A stretch of 64,000 nucleotides of DNA from assembly GCA_032718475.1 (NCBI GenBank), contig JAUCBJ010008864.1:108114-172113 (forward strand). Direction: 5' to 3'. A program made the translations under genes and the position numbers. Within the stretch, counting starts at the first letter, position 1; every line of letters begins with the position of its first letter. This DNA is from Nemertoderma westbladi (Eukaryota > Animalia > Xenacoelomorpha). The notes beneath the pieces are model-generated. The model ran no database searches. It saw nothing but the letters and a program-made list of their open reading frames with translations, and was not told where the DNA came from. This document shows, piece after piece, positions 23,800 through 37,443 of the stretch.

Positions 23800-25230
23800 T
23801 TTAGCGAAGAAATTAACAGGGACAATGATCAATACTGGTGATGAGGACATTGATATAAGCTACTAAACATAAAGCAATTAAAAACAATACTAGAAGCGAA
23901 CTATACCTGGAGACATCGGGAACAAGGAACGAGTTACTGACTGGTCTGCATTAAATAATTTAGACCCAGTTTAACATCAGTATTGCTGAAATCACTAATA
24001 ATTCTGGTAATACCTCTAATACTGGTGCTAAAACGGTTATAACGACTATGTGTAGGTGTACGCCTAGTAAACCAAATTCGAAATACAATTGATGTATCTC
24101 CTAGTTATTTCACATCTGTTATGCACGATTCCAGTTAACTTTACAGTAGGTCACATCACATAGAGTGATACTGTGGGATGCGACTGTCTTTGTTGACAAG
24201 GAAGTTACAAGCGAAACTAGGCCTACTTTAGATTATATCTTAAATGAAATATGCATCATCTTGAAATGAAGTTAAAGTTCTAGAAACTGAGAGATTCAAT
24301 GATAAAATTATCATAGAAGACTTCTAGAAGAGTTCAGAAATAAAGTTGAACTATCACGAACTAATATTCTAAACACAGAGCTGGACATTCTTGAGACTGA
24401 GGATGAGCAGTTGCCTAATGATGTCTCTATAGATCAGCAGTTTGTCAATAGGGATAGGCCTGCAGCTATGACAAACGACAAAGATATAGGGAATAATGCT
24501 AATCTAATCCCAGCAGCCAGTTGGTCCTCACGTGGACCTCGTTCAACCAATGGCAACGTTTATTCCACAACAGAGAAATTTGAATACAAACATGCTTTTC
24601 CTTAGAAGCTCAATCTATACTTACCTCAATCCTATAAGAATTGTACCAGGTGCTCAGATAAATTCGTACTCTGGTCTAAAATTTTGCAGAACTCCCGTTA
24701 CTAAATATCAGTTCTATTCAGTTCATATTCCTATTCATATTCAGTTATATATTCAACAGCAACATATGACTGAACATCTAAATGGATGCCTCATTGTCAT
24801 GGGATCAAACGATATAGATGCCCCTATAGAATATTTCAAGAATTCTGTTTGTGCAGTAATCGACTCTATACAGAAAAAGTTCAATCCAGTAAACATATAC
24901 TTCAATGAGATTCCCCCAACTACCAAAACTGGTACTGTAACCAGTGCCTTAGAAAAGAACAAGGTTCTAGGAGAACTCAGCAATGATCTGGAATATATTA
25001 TTATACCAACTTGGAGTGGATATCTAATTAATAATGTCATCGATAAATCACAATTTGGAAAGGATGGTGTCCACCTAAACTGAAAGGAACAAGGGACACA
25101 TACAAGGGCAATGACTACAGGGTTCACTAAACTGACTCCAGGCATGTTTACAACTGTTGGAGCTAGGAAACACATACCACGTACTACTCAGCTGCCATAG
25201 CCACTGATTGCAACCGCTAATAATAGACTG
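23800..25230 (+). pseudogene. Decayed LINE ORF1-like sequence with SGNH/GDSL esterase domain
   Basis: LIVMGSNDID and FGKDGVHLN (SGNH blocks III and V) in ORF 24532-25083, with a TGA where homology should continue; SGNH esterases are known in CR1/L2/RTEX ORF1; left limit approximate. Confidence 0.65.
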
Positions 25231-28200
25231 TGTTAATTAAAAGCGGCTCAATGAGGACAGACCCCACCAATGGGGCCTGGTGCACTGAGACCCAGATCTT
25301 AATCTGCTATCTCGCAGAGTCACCCGTTGCCAATGCGGATGGAATATGTGAAAGAGCTCTCACATGTGTGTTGTGGGGTATTCGGTGAAACATACTCTTT
25401 GCCCTTCTCTAACTCCAGCTACCTCTGTCTGTGAGAGGGCTGTCGACCATGGTGAGGCCACCTGTTGGCATTGTTGCAGTGCTGCGTGGTTCCAACCTGG
25501 CATGACAGTTTTAACTCCAGGAGTCCCAATGATTGATGTGTAGATAGCGCAGAAACTGAATAGAGACAAGTTTGATCCCATGTACAGTAACCTTTATTTA
25601 ACATAATAATTTGATTGGATTTAATTTTAAAAAACTTAATGGTACAATAAGAATGTACATAAAAGGGAATCCTTGAGCCATATTGTACTATACTTTACTA
25701 TTTTCCCACCCATTATAATGAATGTGATGCATTTTACTTCATTAAAGATGAGTAACCCAAGAAGTTAAATGATTCGACAATACAAACCCCTTCTATATCG
25801 ATCTAATTAAGTGTTTGGTGCCTATCATCAAGAACCTTCCTTATCACCTTCAACCTGAAGATTCCATAAGACATGTTATAAACTGTTGTCATAAATTTGT
25901 TACTTTGAAATCTGAATACAAAAGTATAATGGAAGATGCTCCAATTCATTTCTGGAACTATTCAGCAAACTACTACAGAAGGATTTTTCTTTCTTCCTCT
26001 AATATTAATCGCTTGTTTGTGCAATAAATTATATTAAGTAGTAAGTCACTCGGATTTCTTTGATACAGTATTTAACAATAACACATTGCAATTACACATA
26101 GTCCACAGAGCCACTATGAGAGAATGAAAGTTACCCTGCTATAACAGCAGCTTAAGCCGGAGCAAACTCTCTATTAGGGTACAGATAACACAACAACACA
26201 GCTGTCAATTTATTGCATTGAGCCAATCAGATGTCGAAGAAAAATCGACCTTGAGACAAACAAACAAACTAACCTCCATTAAGTAAATTCATAATTCCTT
26301 GAAATCTATCATTAACCCTATAATACCAATATATCCTTCATTTCAGTTAGTAATTCAACTTCATTCAACTCCTTTAAGTGACAGATAGTTTTTTTTTTAC
26401 TTTTAGTAACCATAATAACCCATAATTCATATTATAAATATCTTCACCCAGTCCAGCATGAAATTAAAGTAGTTAGTCAGTCAGAAATTTTCTTAAGTGA
26501 CAGGTTTCTTGTAGTGAATCTGTTGTCACAATTGAGTGCATATTTAACCACAAAAATGGTATTCACAAAACTTGACATTTATTCGAATATATTGGATTTG
26601 GATATTCTAACCGTCCGAATTTGTTGACCATAAATTATCGCTGGGGTCCCCAGGGATAATTTATGGTCAATAAATATGCGCAGAGTCGAAAAATTTACAT
26701 CATTGTGGAAACAAGATACCAGGCAGAAATTGCTAACTGTCAAAACAAGTATTTTAACTGGCACTATAAAGCTTTTTTCATAGTTTATTAATGATTTTGA
26801 CATTTTCCTTCTCTAAATTCCTTTTTATTATTTTGATTTTATGACGCCATTTTTCATCAACTTGTAACAAAAAATTTATAAGATCTCCAATTTGTTTTAA
26901 TGTCATTTGGATGTTCTAGAACAGATTTAACGGTTTGAGGCAATAATTGAATCTTATCACAATGAAAAGTAATAATACTTATTTTGTAAATATGGTTGAT
27001 GCCCTTCCTACTGCTTATAATATAGGTTAGTACATGTAGGTACACATGGATTTATTATACACAGGGAATGCTAGTGATGTATAAATTTCCAATCAGTGTT
27101 AGATATTGCACATCCAAACAATCAAAAAGTATAGTCATTTCACAATATTGCCATTTTGTGTATTCCTACAAATGGTCAATTCCACAGTTGTGGACTCACT
27201 TTTAGAGGCGACTATTGGAAAATAATTGAATATTTTACCGCAATCGGTGCAATATAATTGACAATAGAAATACAGAACTGAAAGTTAAGTAGTTAAATTA
27301 TAATTTCCTATCGCAGATTTCACATTCTGAAATTCGTGGCTTGATACATATCGCATTAAGGCACCGTTGCGGACTCACAATAAAAAAGACACAGAAATAT
27401 GATCAAATTTTCGATATGCAATTTCTTCTGAAATATAGCATGTCAAATACTACAAACTCAATACATGTTAGATGAAAAATTGAATAATGGTCTGAAATAA
27501 AACTTACAACGCCAGTTTATATACTTTTAATGATATAAGTGAATTCCCCTGTTGCGGACTCACAATAAATTTTGTTGCGGACTCACTTGCGATTTTTTCA
27601 GTTTTCGTTGTGGACTCACTAAATATTTTATGTGGAAGCATAAACATTTCCCACAATGAATGGGTGAAAGAAAGATTAAACAAAATTAATAAATGAAACA
27701 ACGATACATTACTTAGTATCTGTGATAATCAAAATAATGTACTTCGATATCTTTTACAACATATATGCCGCGTCCCCTGATAGTTTTAAGGGTTGGAGGG
27801 TCAATCTTCATTAAAATATCAGAGAATCTATATGATATGATATCTGGGTGACCTGGCCACTTCCAAGCATCTCCACTTGGCTCCATGGTGCTAACAATTA
27901 GACCTTCCTCTTGAACCTTATTTTACTACACCAGGATAACGCAGATAAATTCGTACTCTGGTCTAACATTTGCAGAACTCCCGTTACTAAATATGCTCAG
28001 TTATATATTCAACATATGTGACATACTGTGAACATCTAAATGGATGCCACATTGTCATGGGATCAAACGATATAGATGCCCCTATAGAATATTTCAAGAA
28101 TTCTGTTTGTGCAGTAATCGACTACAGAAAAAGTTCACTCCAGTAAAAATATACTTCAATGAGATCTCCCAACTACCAAAACTGGTACTATAACCAGTGC

Positions 28201-28841
28201 CTTATAAAAGAACAAGGTTCTAGGAGAACTCAGCAATGATCTGGAATATATTATTATACCAACTTGGAGTGGATATCTAATTAATAATGTCATCGATAAA
28301 TCACAATTTGGAAAGGATGGTGTCCACCTAATCTGAAAGGGACAAGGGACACATACAAGGGCAATGACTGCAGGGTTCACTAAACTGATTCCAGGCATGT
28401 TTACAACTGTTGGATCTAGGAAACACCTACCACGTACTACTCAGCTGCCATACCCACTGATTGCAACCGTTAATAATAGACTGTGTTAATTATAAATGAG
28501 GACCAGACCCCACCAATAATGGGGCCTCGTGCACTGAGACCCAAATCTTAATCTGCTATCTCGCAGAGTCACCCGTCACCAAGCAGGATGGCATGTGTGA
28601 AATAGCTCTTGCATGTGTGTTGTGGGGTGTATTCGGTGAAACATACTCTTTGCCCTTCTCTCAACTTCAGCTTCCTCTGTCTGCGAGAGGGCTGACGACC
28701 ATGGTGAGGCCACCTGTTGGCATTGTTGCAGGACTGCGTGGTTCCAACCTGACATGACAGTTTTAACTCCAGGACACCCAAGAAGTGATTTGTACATAGC
28801 ACAGAGACTGAGTAGAGACAACTTTGATCCCATGTACAGTA
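24655..28841 (+). repeat. Direct duplication of about 0.9 kb (24655-25589 and 27942-28841): esterase fragment plus GC-richer tail
   Basis: Collinear from CAGATAAATTCGTACTCTGGTCT to TTTGATCCCATGTACAGTA. Confidence 0.9.
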
Positions 28842-29955
28842 GGGCAGTAAAGTTGCCAAATGGTATAAAATTAAGGCAAAAAAAATTTCTCAAAATTTCA
28901 TCGATATCTTGACGGATCCCAAGAGGGTGGAAATTTTAAGCCTTCGTGATGCACCACAATGAAATTTATAGCAATATAACGCATTGATGAAAGACCAATG
29001 ACGCAAGAAAGAACTTCCTTCATGCATCAAATGTCTCCATCAAATGGGTCCAATCTTAGTTAGATACCAAAATTTTAAATTTTGGATCAAGGGAACTAGT
29101 CCCACAGGCACATGGCCAGAACCTACCCTTTGGCGCAAGTGACGATTATTCTCAATTTTTGCGATGGCCAACTTTTAGTATTCCTACTGCATTAATAGTA
29201 TGCTCATTAGAACCACAATGACCGATTTAGTGGGGGTAGACACCTTCAAAACAAACGTAGAGCGAATAGTTCTTGAGATATCGCAGAAAATTTGAAGTCC
29301 GGCACAAGTCTACATTACTGCCTTGAAGCGATATGGGCAAATACACTAACAATGATACTTTGAATTATTTTAAGGCATCAAAAATATACACATCAGTGCA
29401 AAAAATTGATTTAGTGTATACAGACACCTTCAAAATGAAAGAGTAGTGATTAATTCACTATAGTTTTTGTACGAAATGTGTGGAATGGGTCAACTCAATC
29501 TCAATATCAAGTATCAATAAATTGGTGGACATATAGACCCCCCCCCCGGGTTTAATATGGTTAAAGCAGTAGGAGAACTAAAAGTTGGCCATCGCGAAAA
29601 TTGAGAATAATCGTCACTTGCGCGAAAGGGTAGGTTCTGCCCATGTGCCTGTGGCACTAGTTCCCTTGATCCAAAAATCAAAATTTTCGTTTCTAACTAA
29701 GTTTGGACCCATTTGATGACATTTGATGCATGCAGGAAGTTATTTCTTGAGTCATTGATATTTCATCAATGTGTTATATAGTTATAAATTTCATTATGGT
29801 GCATCGTGAAGGCTAAAAATTTCAACCCCCATGGGATCCGTGAAGATATAGACAAAATTTATAGAAATTTTTTTGCCTTAATTTTTTACCATTTGGCAAC
29901 TTTTGTGCACCGGTAGAACAATGAAATCGAAAAAAAGTAAAGACGCACCGCCCTA
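28840..29955. mobile_element. Non-autonomous hAT-type element with long internal inverted repeats
   Basis: TAGGGC...GCCCTA termini; perfect 8-bp TSD ATGTACAG (28832-28839, 29956-29963); inverted arms about 28849-29195 and 29561-29903. Confidence 0.85.
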
Positions 29956-30849
29956 ATGTACAGTAGTGTGGGCAAGTCTCCATGTACCCCCTAGATCAGA
30001 ACCTCATAGTTTGCCCAGTTTTGTATTATGTGTTCTTTGAAATTTCAGGAAATTTGAAAGAGATAGTATTCTTCCCGCATCCTTTTTACTGAGTCAAAAC
30101 TCTGAATTTTGCTTTTTTTTTACAATCTTCTTTATCTAGAAACTTTTGAAAATGGTGTCTTGGTCGATATGGCAGCAGCATCCAAACTGCTGTCATTATT
30201 CTCAAACTTATAGTAGTATGTTGGTACCGCTATGCCTCAGCATCATTACCTATATAATAATAGTATAATTGTCTAATGAATACAATCTGACCAACTGATC
30301 TAATTGTAAACCAATTGAGTCAAATTGAACTGCTTGTTGCTATGGATACTGGAACACTATGTCTGCATCAGCTGTTCCTCAACGAAATTCATGTTTTTAC
30401 ATGAATGGAATTCTTTCTGGGCCGCCTTTCAATCAATTCCAAAAAATCACAATAGTAGGGTTGAAGAATAACTGCATTGAAAGTGCTAAAATATCACTGA
30501 CAATTTATTCAAACGCTTGTAACTAAAGATTGACAGCGAAATAAAAATTCTCACTGACATGTCACAGACTGATGCCATCATCTGTGATAACCAATAATAT
30601 CATATCTTGGTTCCATTGGAGCGCCAGTGTCATCGTTCATATGAAGGAAGGCTCTACTAGTAGTCCTCCCTAGTAATGATTTAGCTAGGCAATGATTTCT
30701 ATAGCAATGATTTCTTCTTTGAAGGAGATGGAGATTTAAAATTAAGAATTAAATTGAAGGAGATTTAAAGTTGAGTTTTATTCCGGTGTCTAAGTTACTT
30801 TGTTGTTTTTACAGTATATCTTAAATAATTTATATTTTTAGAATCAATC

Positions 30850-32218
30850 ATGGGTTTACTTCCACCATTTTGGTACTGGATACGTGCTATATTTGCTTTG
30901 ATTTTATACCCATTCTACATAATGATTATTATGGAAATTTTCGCAAAAAAAACCATGTACAACACTCCATACTACACATACATCAAGTCGATGTTTGTTT
31001 CTGATACAATCCATGTAATTTATTTATTTCTGCGAGCAGCAGTGACACAGGTAATAAAATACAGTATATTTTAAAATGTAACATTTTTTTTATTTTTTTT
31101 TAAATAATAATAATAAAGAAATTTATACATATGCAAGCAAGTTATTATCATACAGAAACGCCATAAGCGCAAATTTGAAATCGTACTTTCCTCCTCCTTG
31201 ATAAAACTGTATTGTAACTGTACTGCAAAACCTGCTCATCAGCTAACTTCATTGAACAGATTAATGGGTGCAACTGCTTGCAATATCACAAGGTAACGTT
31301 TGAAGATTTTTATTTTGTGCTACTGCTGTATGTATGTAAATGTATGTATATATTTTTGACCAAAAAAATATAAAGATGTATTACAATAATCTACTGTACA
31401 AAATACGAACAAAGAGAGACAATTAATGATGGATGTACATAACTTCCAGTGAAGTTTTTTACTTGACTTGCATGTTAAATTAAATATAACTAAAATTATT
31501 AATGCTAAATATAATATATATTTTAAATTTATTGCAGATTGAGCCTAAATTTAAGTACTATGTTTACATTGTCAACTACATTGCCGATTTTTCTACTCTA
31601 GCCAACCTACTTTGTATAGCTGTTAATAGGTTTATTTCGGTCACCTATACAACTGAAGTTGGAAATTTTTACACTCCTGGTCGAATTCGATTCAGTTTGT
31701 TTTGTATATGGATGATTGGTTTTGGATTAGGTGGAGTTATATACACATACTTCTATATTGTGTATGCATATATTAATGATGTACCTGTTTCATCAAACAC
31801 GAAACTGTTCGATTTGATTCACTTGTCCTCTTATGGATTTACAGTAATTGTATCTCTTATTATATACACAGCTGGGGCAATTAATTTGAGAAAAAGTTTG
31901 GCACAGCTAAGTGTAAAACTGCGTCAGTCCGAAAATACGAGGCGTGAAATTCGTATATTTGTGCAATGTTTTCTGATAAACTTTATTTTACTTCTATATT
32001 CGGTTTTTTTCTTTATTGAGGTTAATCTTCATATTGAAAATATAAACATTAGGTTGTTTATTGAAGTTTCCAGTGATATTGGGTTAATTTCTATAACAGT
32101 TGCAAACCCTTTCATATATTACATTTTTGATAGCAATATTAAAATATCACTGAAAGAACGATACTGTAAAGAACAGACTTCAATTTCAGCGATTAATCTA
32201 TTCTCTGTTGGTGAGTAA
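30850..32218 (+). CDS. 7TM serpentine chemoreceptor-like GPCR paralog, exons 30850-31050 and 31538-32218, 293 aa
   Basis: GT at 31051, CAG at 31535-31537, same intron position as gene 1; AVNRF, REIRIFVQ, NPFIYYIFDSNIK. Confidence 0.85.
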
Positions 32219-33249
32219 TGAATGCAGATTTTTAAATGTAAATTTTAAATTTTATTTGTAAATTTATAAATGTAATAATAATAATAATCGCAATTAGTTT
32301 ACTTACTTTCATTTTCCATTTACTTATCACATAAGTTGAATTGGGATCAGGTTGACACATCAGGTTTCCCGGATACGAAATTGTATCCAATCCAGCTTAC
32401 CAGAAAATCAATCCAGGAACCCACTAGCAAGATGTTTAATCAGAAAATAACCACAGATATGTCAGTTATATATCAAAATATATAATATTCTTTCATGTGA
32501 ATTCTTACTTTATAGACCAATTCCACCATTGCATTACCACTGGCATATGCTAATGAAAGGGGAAGTCATCATGTCCTTAATAGAAACTCATCATTATACC
32601 CTTATTACCAAAGAATCTCCATGAATATAAACTGGTTTAGGGCTAATCATTTTTTTAATCAAGGACTTCTAGAACATAGTATATATTCAGGACGGGATGC
32701 TCACATACAGTGTTAATTTTATTAGAGGCCGGTTTTTTATATTCAGTGAAGGCCTTCTAATTATTTTAATTTACAGAAGCAAACTTCTCAATTTATTTCT
32801 ATTGTTTTTAATTCGAGACTGTATGTATTGCTAACAACCTAACGTACTGTTTTTTAATGTAAATATTTTACGACAATTTGCTAGCGATAATTTATCCGTA
32901 CAAAATACGGTGACGCGCTTTCTCATTTTTTCCACTTCTGAACAAAACCATAATATTACACCTTTAGTACAAAATAACGGTTAAAGATATTCGAAATAAC
33001 CTTTGAAATAAGTTGTGTGAAATAACTGACTGTATCTACCACTGAAAACGAACTCCTAATAAAATATACGAGCCACAATACTTTTTCTTTTCGAAATAAT
33101 ATGTAAAATGCGAAGGACGATGAAGTTAGAATACGGAGGCAGTTTTTATATGTATATCCCAGAGTACAGTTAGACTTGTTAGACTTATTGTTGTTTACTG
33201 GAAATTTACTGAATTTTATTTATTGTTTATGTATTGTTTATTTATCCAT

Positions 33250-33300
33250 AGAACTTTGTGCGTAATCCCTGGCCAAACAGCTGAAAAAACTTTACTGTTT
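33250..33300 (+). repeat. 3' tail fragment of the SINE family seen at 43792-44074
   Basis: ACTTTGTGCGTAATCCCTGGCC...GAA...TTTACT shared with about 44018-44065. Confidence 0.7.
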
Positions 33301-33424
33301 TATTTAATTTTTTTTTCACAATAAGTGTTTATAACATTATTATATATATTGTTATATAACACATTTAGCTTACAGTAGGCTCTTACTTAACAGAGTCTCT
33401 GTGTAATCTATGTTTATTGCAGCC

Positions 33425-33880
33425 CTATTGGCTATTCAGTTTTCTCTTCTTCCTATTCTTAGTCCCTATATCTCTGTCATTAACCGCGTTATTGCTGTAG
33501 AACTTGGAGAGTCCCTTCATCAGTATATTGCAGAGTCTGTGGATAATACCTGCCTTCCTACCATTAATAGAACTATCGACCACGTTTTTGTCATATATGA
33601 TATCGACAAGTCGCATCATCCGCGTTGTACACCCAATACAGCGCCGTTTGGTAAGTGGCATAGAAGCACAGGCAAGATGAAATATGTCTGCATGTGGAAT
33701 GGAAAGCTTCCCTCTAGAGACCATGTTCGTGAAGTCACACTCTGGAAGTTGTGCACAATCTCTAATTTCCGAGACATCAATGGGCAGTTGTTCCTTGAAG
33801 GTGATATAGAAACTATAGAAATTTCCACTTTATTTCTGTTTACTATGTAATAGGCAATACTATTGTATGTGTGTGTACCC
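33425..33880 (-). pseudogene. Probable C-terminal fragment of a P-element/THAP9-like transposase
   Basis: DFTNMVSRGKLSIP...HRLCNILMKG resembles the SRG.L..P C-terminal motif of P-like transposases; recognition only. Confidence 0.45.
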
Positions 33881-34229
33881 ATAAACTAATTTTTGCTACT
33901 ATAATATTAGTAATTTTTGTAATAGTATTGTAGTGTACTTTTCGCCAATAGTATTGCAACTGCATTTCTTTTATTTTGCTACACTATATATATAAACTAA
34001 GATAATAAATACCGGCTTCTAATAAAATTAACACTGTGTGCGAACATCTCTTCCTGAATATGTACTATGTTCTTGATGGCTGCCTCCCATGGGTGCCCCA
34101 GCCAACTAACTGGGGGTAATAATGTCCCGAAAACCGGAAAAAGTTATAGCATAGCAGGATTCACAGTATTTCTGCGAGTTATTTGGCGGTGAATTTGGAG
34201 CACTATGGTAACTTAGGGTCCTCGCTGAG

Positions 34230-35250
34230 TGCTTGCATAGTGGCTTCAATGCCCAGTTCGTGAGGTATGGCTATAAACATATCGACAACATCCACAGTAA
34301 CAAAGTGTCTGGGTTTCTTTTAAGTCCAATGAGCTCTTTAAATAGTTAAATGCTGTGGTAACAAGTGGGTGCAGGTAGCAGCGGTGCATGAGTTTAGATA
34401 GGGGAATTAAGTATACGAAATGATAGGTCTGCCCATGGGGATCAGTTTCCTGTTTGGCTGTTGAATCCACTTGCTTCTTGGTTTGTGGTCTTTTAGTGTT
34501 ATAAACAAATAAACAAATGGCCTGTGGTTGACGTGTTGTTGTGGAAGAAGTAAAGGATGCATCACTGCTTGCAATCACAAACCCGTAGGGATGGGTTTGT
34601 TATTGCAAGCTGGTCGAGAAGCTGTCTGGATCTCACGCGGAATTTGGCCGTGGGGTCTCTGGCCGCGTGGCCCCAGTATCGCTTAATATCCGACATATTA
34701 CGAATTAATATAATCTAGCAATATCCATTTTACCACCTTTAAGAAATACCGTATTTTTGTACTTGCGCAGTTGTTGCAGAGCTTTTTGATGCTGGGTTAA
34801 TAAATTAGATGGATACTCTTTGTTAATTAGATTGGATTAGATTTATAAAATGCACAATGCAGGTAACTAAATAAGTGCTTCCACTTGGAGTTCATCAACC
34901 CTAGCGAATACGTACCGGGCGTGCGAAAAGTAAGGTGGGGTCAGGTGGTTCTGGTGGGGGTTCGGCAACCTCTGGAATAGTGTTCATAGGCCCGAGTCTT
35001 CGCACGAGTGCGTGATTCAATTGTGTCTGGTAGAGGCTGCTTGGTTGGCTGGTTGTAAGTTGTTGCCAGACTGGGCGGGCATTGTAGCACCATACTTTAG
35101 ATGCGGTAAAGGCGATGAAGAAGTACCTCTTGGTGTTATCTCTGTGGCTGTGGCTCCTTGGGGTGTTCATAATCCCATCCATTGGTACTGTATGTGAAGT
35201 TGGGGTTCCATTTGTTTGAAAAGACAGCGTCTGCATGTGGGTAGCGTTGT
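34230..35250 (-). mobile_element. Two short decayed CR1/L2-type 3'-end fragments (about 34230-34600 and 34900-35250)
   Basis: Minus-strand remnants such as RDNTKRYFF...PVWQQL resemble LINE ORF2 C-termini; weak. Confidence 0.4.
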
Positions 35251-36954
35251 TCGTGGTGTTACATTTTCTACGTTATCTTCCTATTAATATTAATATTAAT
35301 AATTATGGTTTATGCTTAATATTATGGTTTCGGTTTATAAATTGTGATTTATTGTTGTATAATTAATTTTAATTTATTTACTGATAACGTCATGATGATT
35401 CGTGATGATTCAACAAAACAATTCAATTATAGAGGATAATAGAGGATAGAGGAGCCGAACCGGAACCGAACTGATACCGAACACGGCAATTTTGAATTTT
35501 GCCACTTATTTTTCCCAAAATATATGTGAAAAACAAAATGTTAGTGTGAAAAACAGAAAATATTTTTGGAGCTTAAGTAAATTATGTTTTTTTCACTTTC
35601 GATTCTTGCCTTTTTTGATCAGATGTTTTTATACTGATACAAACAGGAACAAACTTCAAATTTCTAATTTCCACGTCTAATCTATAGGGATGTGAGTTTT
35701 GAAATCTGAAATATGTGTTTCGAGGAAATTTCCGGAAAAATATATTTCATCCGTAGTTACAACCACAAGATGCAAGACAACGAACCACCTAAACGCATCT
35801 AAGCAGGAATCCCTTATTTCTAGTGTTTACTCTACTTGTGTTTTCTTACTTATATGTTTTCAGCATGTGCTAAACAAAATAATTAATAAAATAGGAAATT
35901 TCTGGAAAATATATAGCAAATTTCCGGAACTTTCCAAACATTCCCTGACTCACATCTTTACTAATATATTTACATCTACATTCAGGTTTATTTGAAAGGT
36001 ATTTGCAATAAATGATTAAAAGTTAGGGTAATGAAAACAAGAGATAATGTGTCTTTTAGTATAGTATAGTATATGAAAAGTGCTTGGCGCCGTCTGTGCA
36101 AACCCCACACAGTAGAGCCAAGGGCCCCACCACTGACCCGGCCCCAGGCCACCCACCACTCTAAGTCCGGCCCTGATGCCGGGATTTCATATGGTTAAAT
36201 ACTGTATTTGCTCATCGTTTTGCTTCGGACTAACTCAGAAACGGAATTATTATTTATTTTTTTCGGTCTAGCTGTCTTATAGTCGGTCTTATAGCCAGCC
36301 AGCTTGCTGCTTTCTAGTTTAATAAACTATTAACTATTGTACATTCTATGGGTGAGTCACGTAACCAAAACGCACCAACTGTCTTTGTGTATGTTAAACT
36401 TACAGCATGTGTTCAAAATATACGGAAACCGAAATTTACAGTAGAAAATATAACTATCCTATTTGGCCCGATTAAGCCCTATTGGGAGTAAAAAATTTAT
36501 CGTTTTATAAAGTCAGGTTTGTTTTCGTGCTGTGATCCATTTCTGGCACCCATCTCAGTATTTTTCGGGTTTCGGGCTCAGTTTACTTTTTATTTGTTTA
36601 TTAATTTATTTATGGTATATACTGTAGCTGTTTTTTTGGATGCTGATCACGATTACAGAATTCAAATATATCATTCGAGAAAATTTTTGATACGAATGTG
36701 ACACTCAAAAATATCGGATTATCCAACAAATTCGATATTTGCTCTTTGAAATTTTATATGAGTTGTATTTTTCTTCCCGCCTGACAAGCACCAAAACAAT
36801 AGTTGCGTTACTACGAATGATTTCTAGCGAATTTTATGTAATCAGCCCTACCTTGAAAACCAGTAAATCTTCAGAATTAGGCCTACCATACCAAAGTCAA
36901 AATTTAACAGTTTGTAATTTTAGGGAATAATTTTTTGTGTAACTTTTACTTTTA

Positions 36955-37409
36955 AGAGCATTAAGACAATTCTTTTTGGAGAATCTCATTGATCTCGAAT
37001 GCTGCAAAGCTATACAGTAGAAAGAATTATATTAATTCGCATCGGATATCCTATTGATAGACTAACTGCTACGTAGAAATCAGAATGGGTTCCATAAATA
37101 TCATTTATCATGGGACCATGGAGCCCATTTTGGCACTTAGAAGGATAATTGAAGAGTTATCAAAAAAGAAAGACAGGCATCTGGCTGTTATCATTGCTGA
37201 CTTCTTCAAGACCTTTAATACTTTTCATTCATTCATATCCGACTAAAGGCTGTAGAAATTTCGCATTGTTGTGTCCCTAGGCAAGACACTTTAGACATTA
37301 GTGCCTACGCCAACCCAGCGGTATAATGGGAACCTAGCTTTGCTGGGGTAATGATAATAAAAGCGCTTTGAGTATGCTGAGCGTAGAAAAGCGCTATATA
37401 AATAACCAA

Positions 37410-37443
<34 letters not shown>

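Noticed and set aside
26560-27780. Recurring G(C/T)GGACTCAC motif (about 5 copies) and CCCCTG end
   Set aside because: Probably subterminal repeats of a non-autonomous DNA transposon, but no matching second terminus or TSD was found.
33410-33850. 146-aa plus-strand ORF with hydrophobic start, as a secreted protein
   Set aside because: No recognisable domain; the opposite strand gives a better transposase-like reading.
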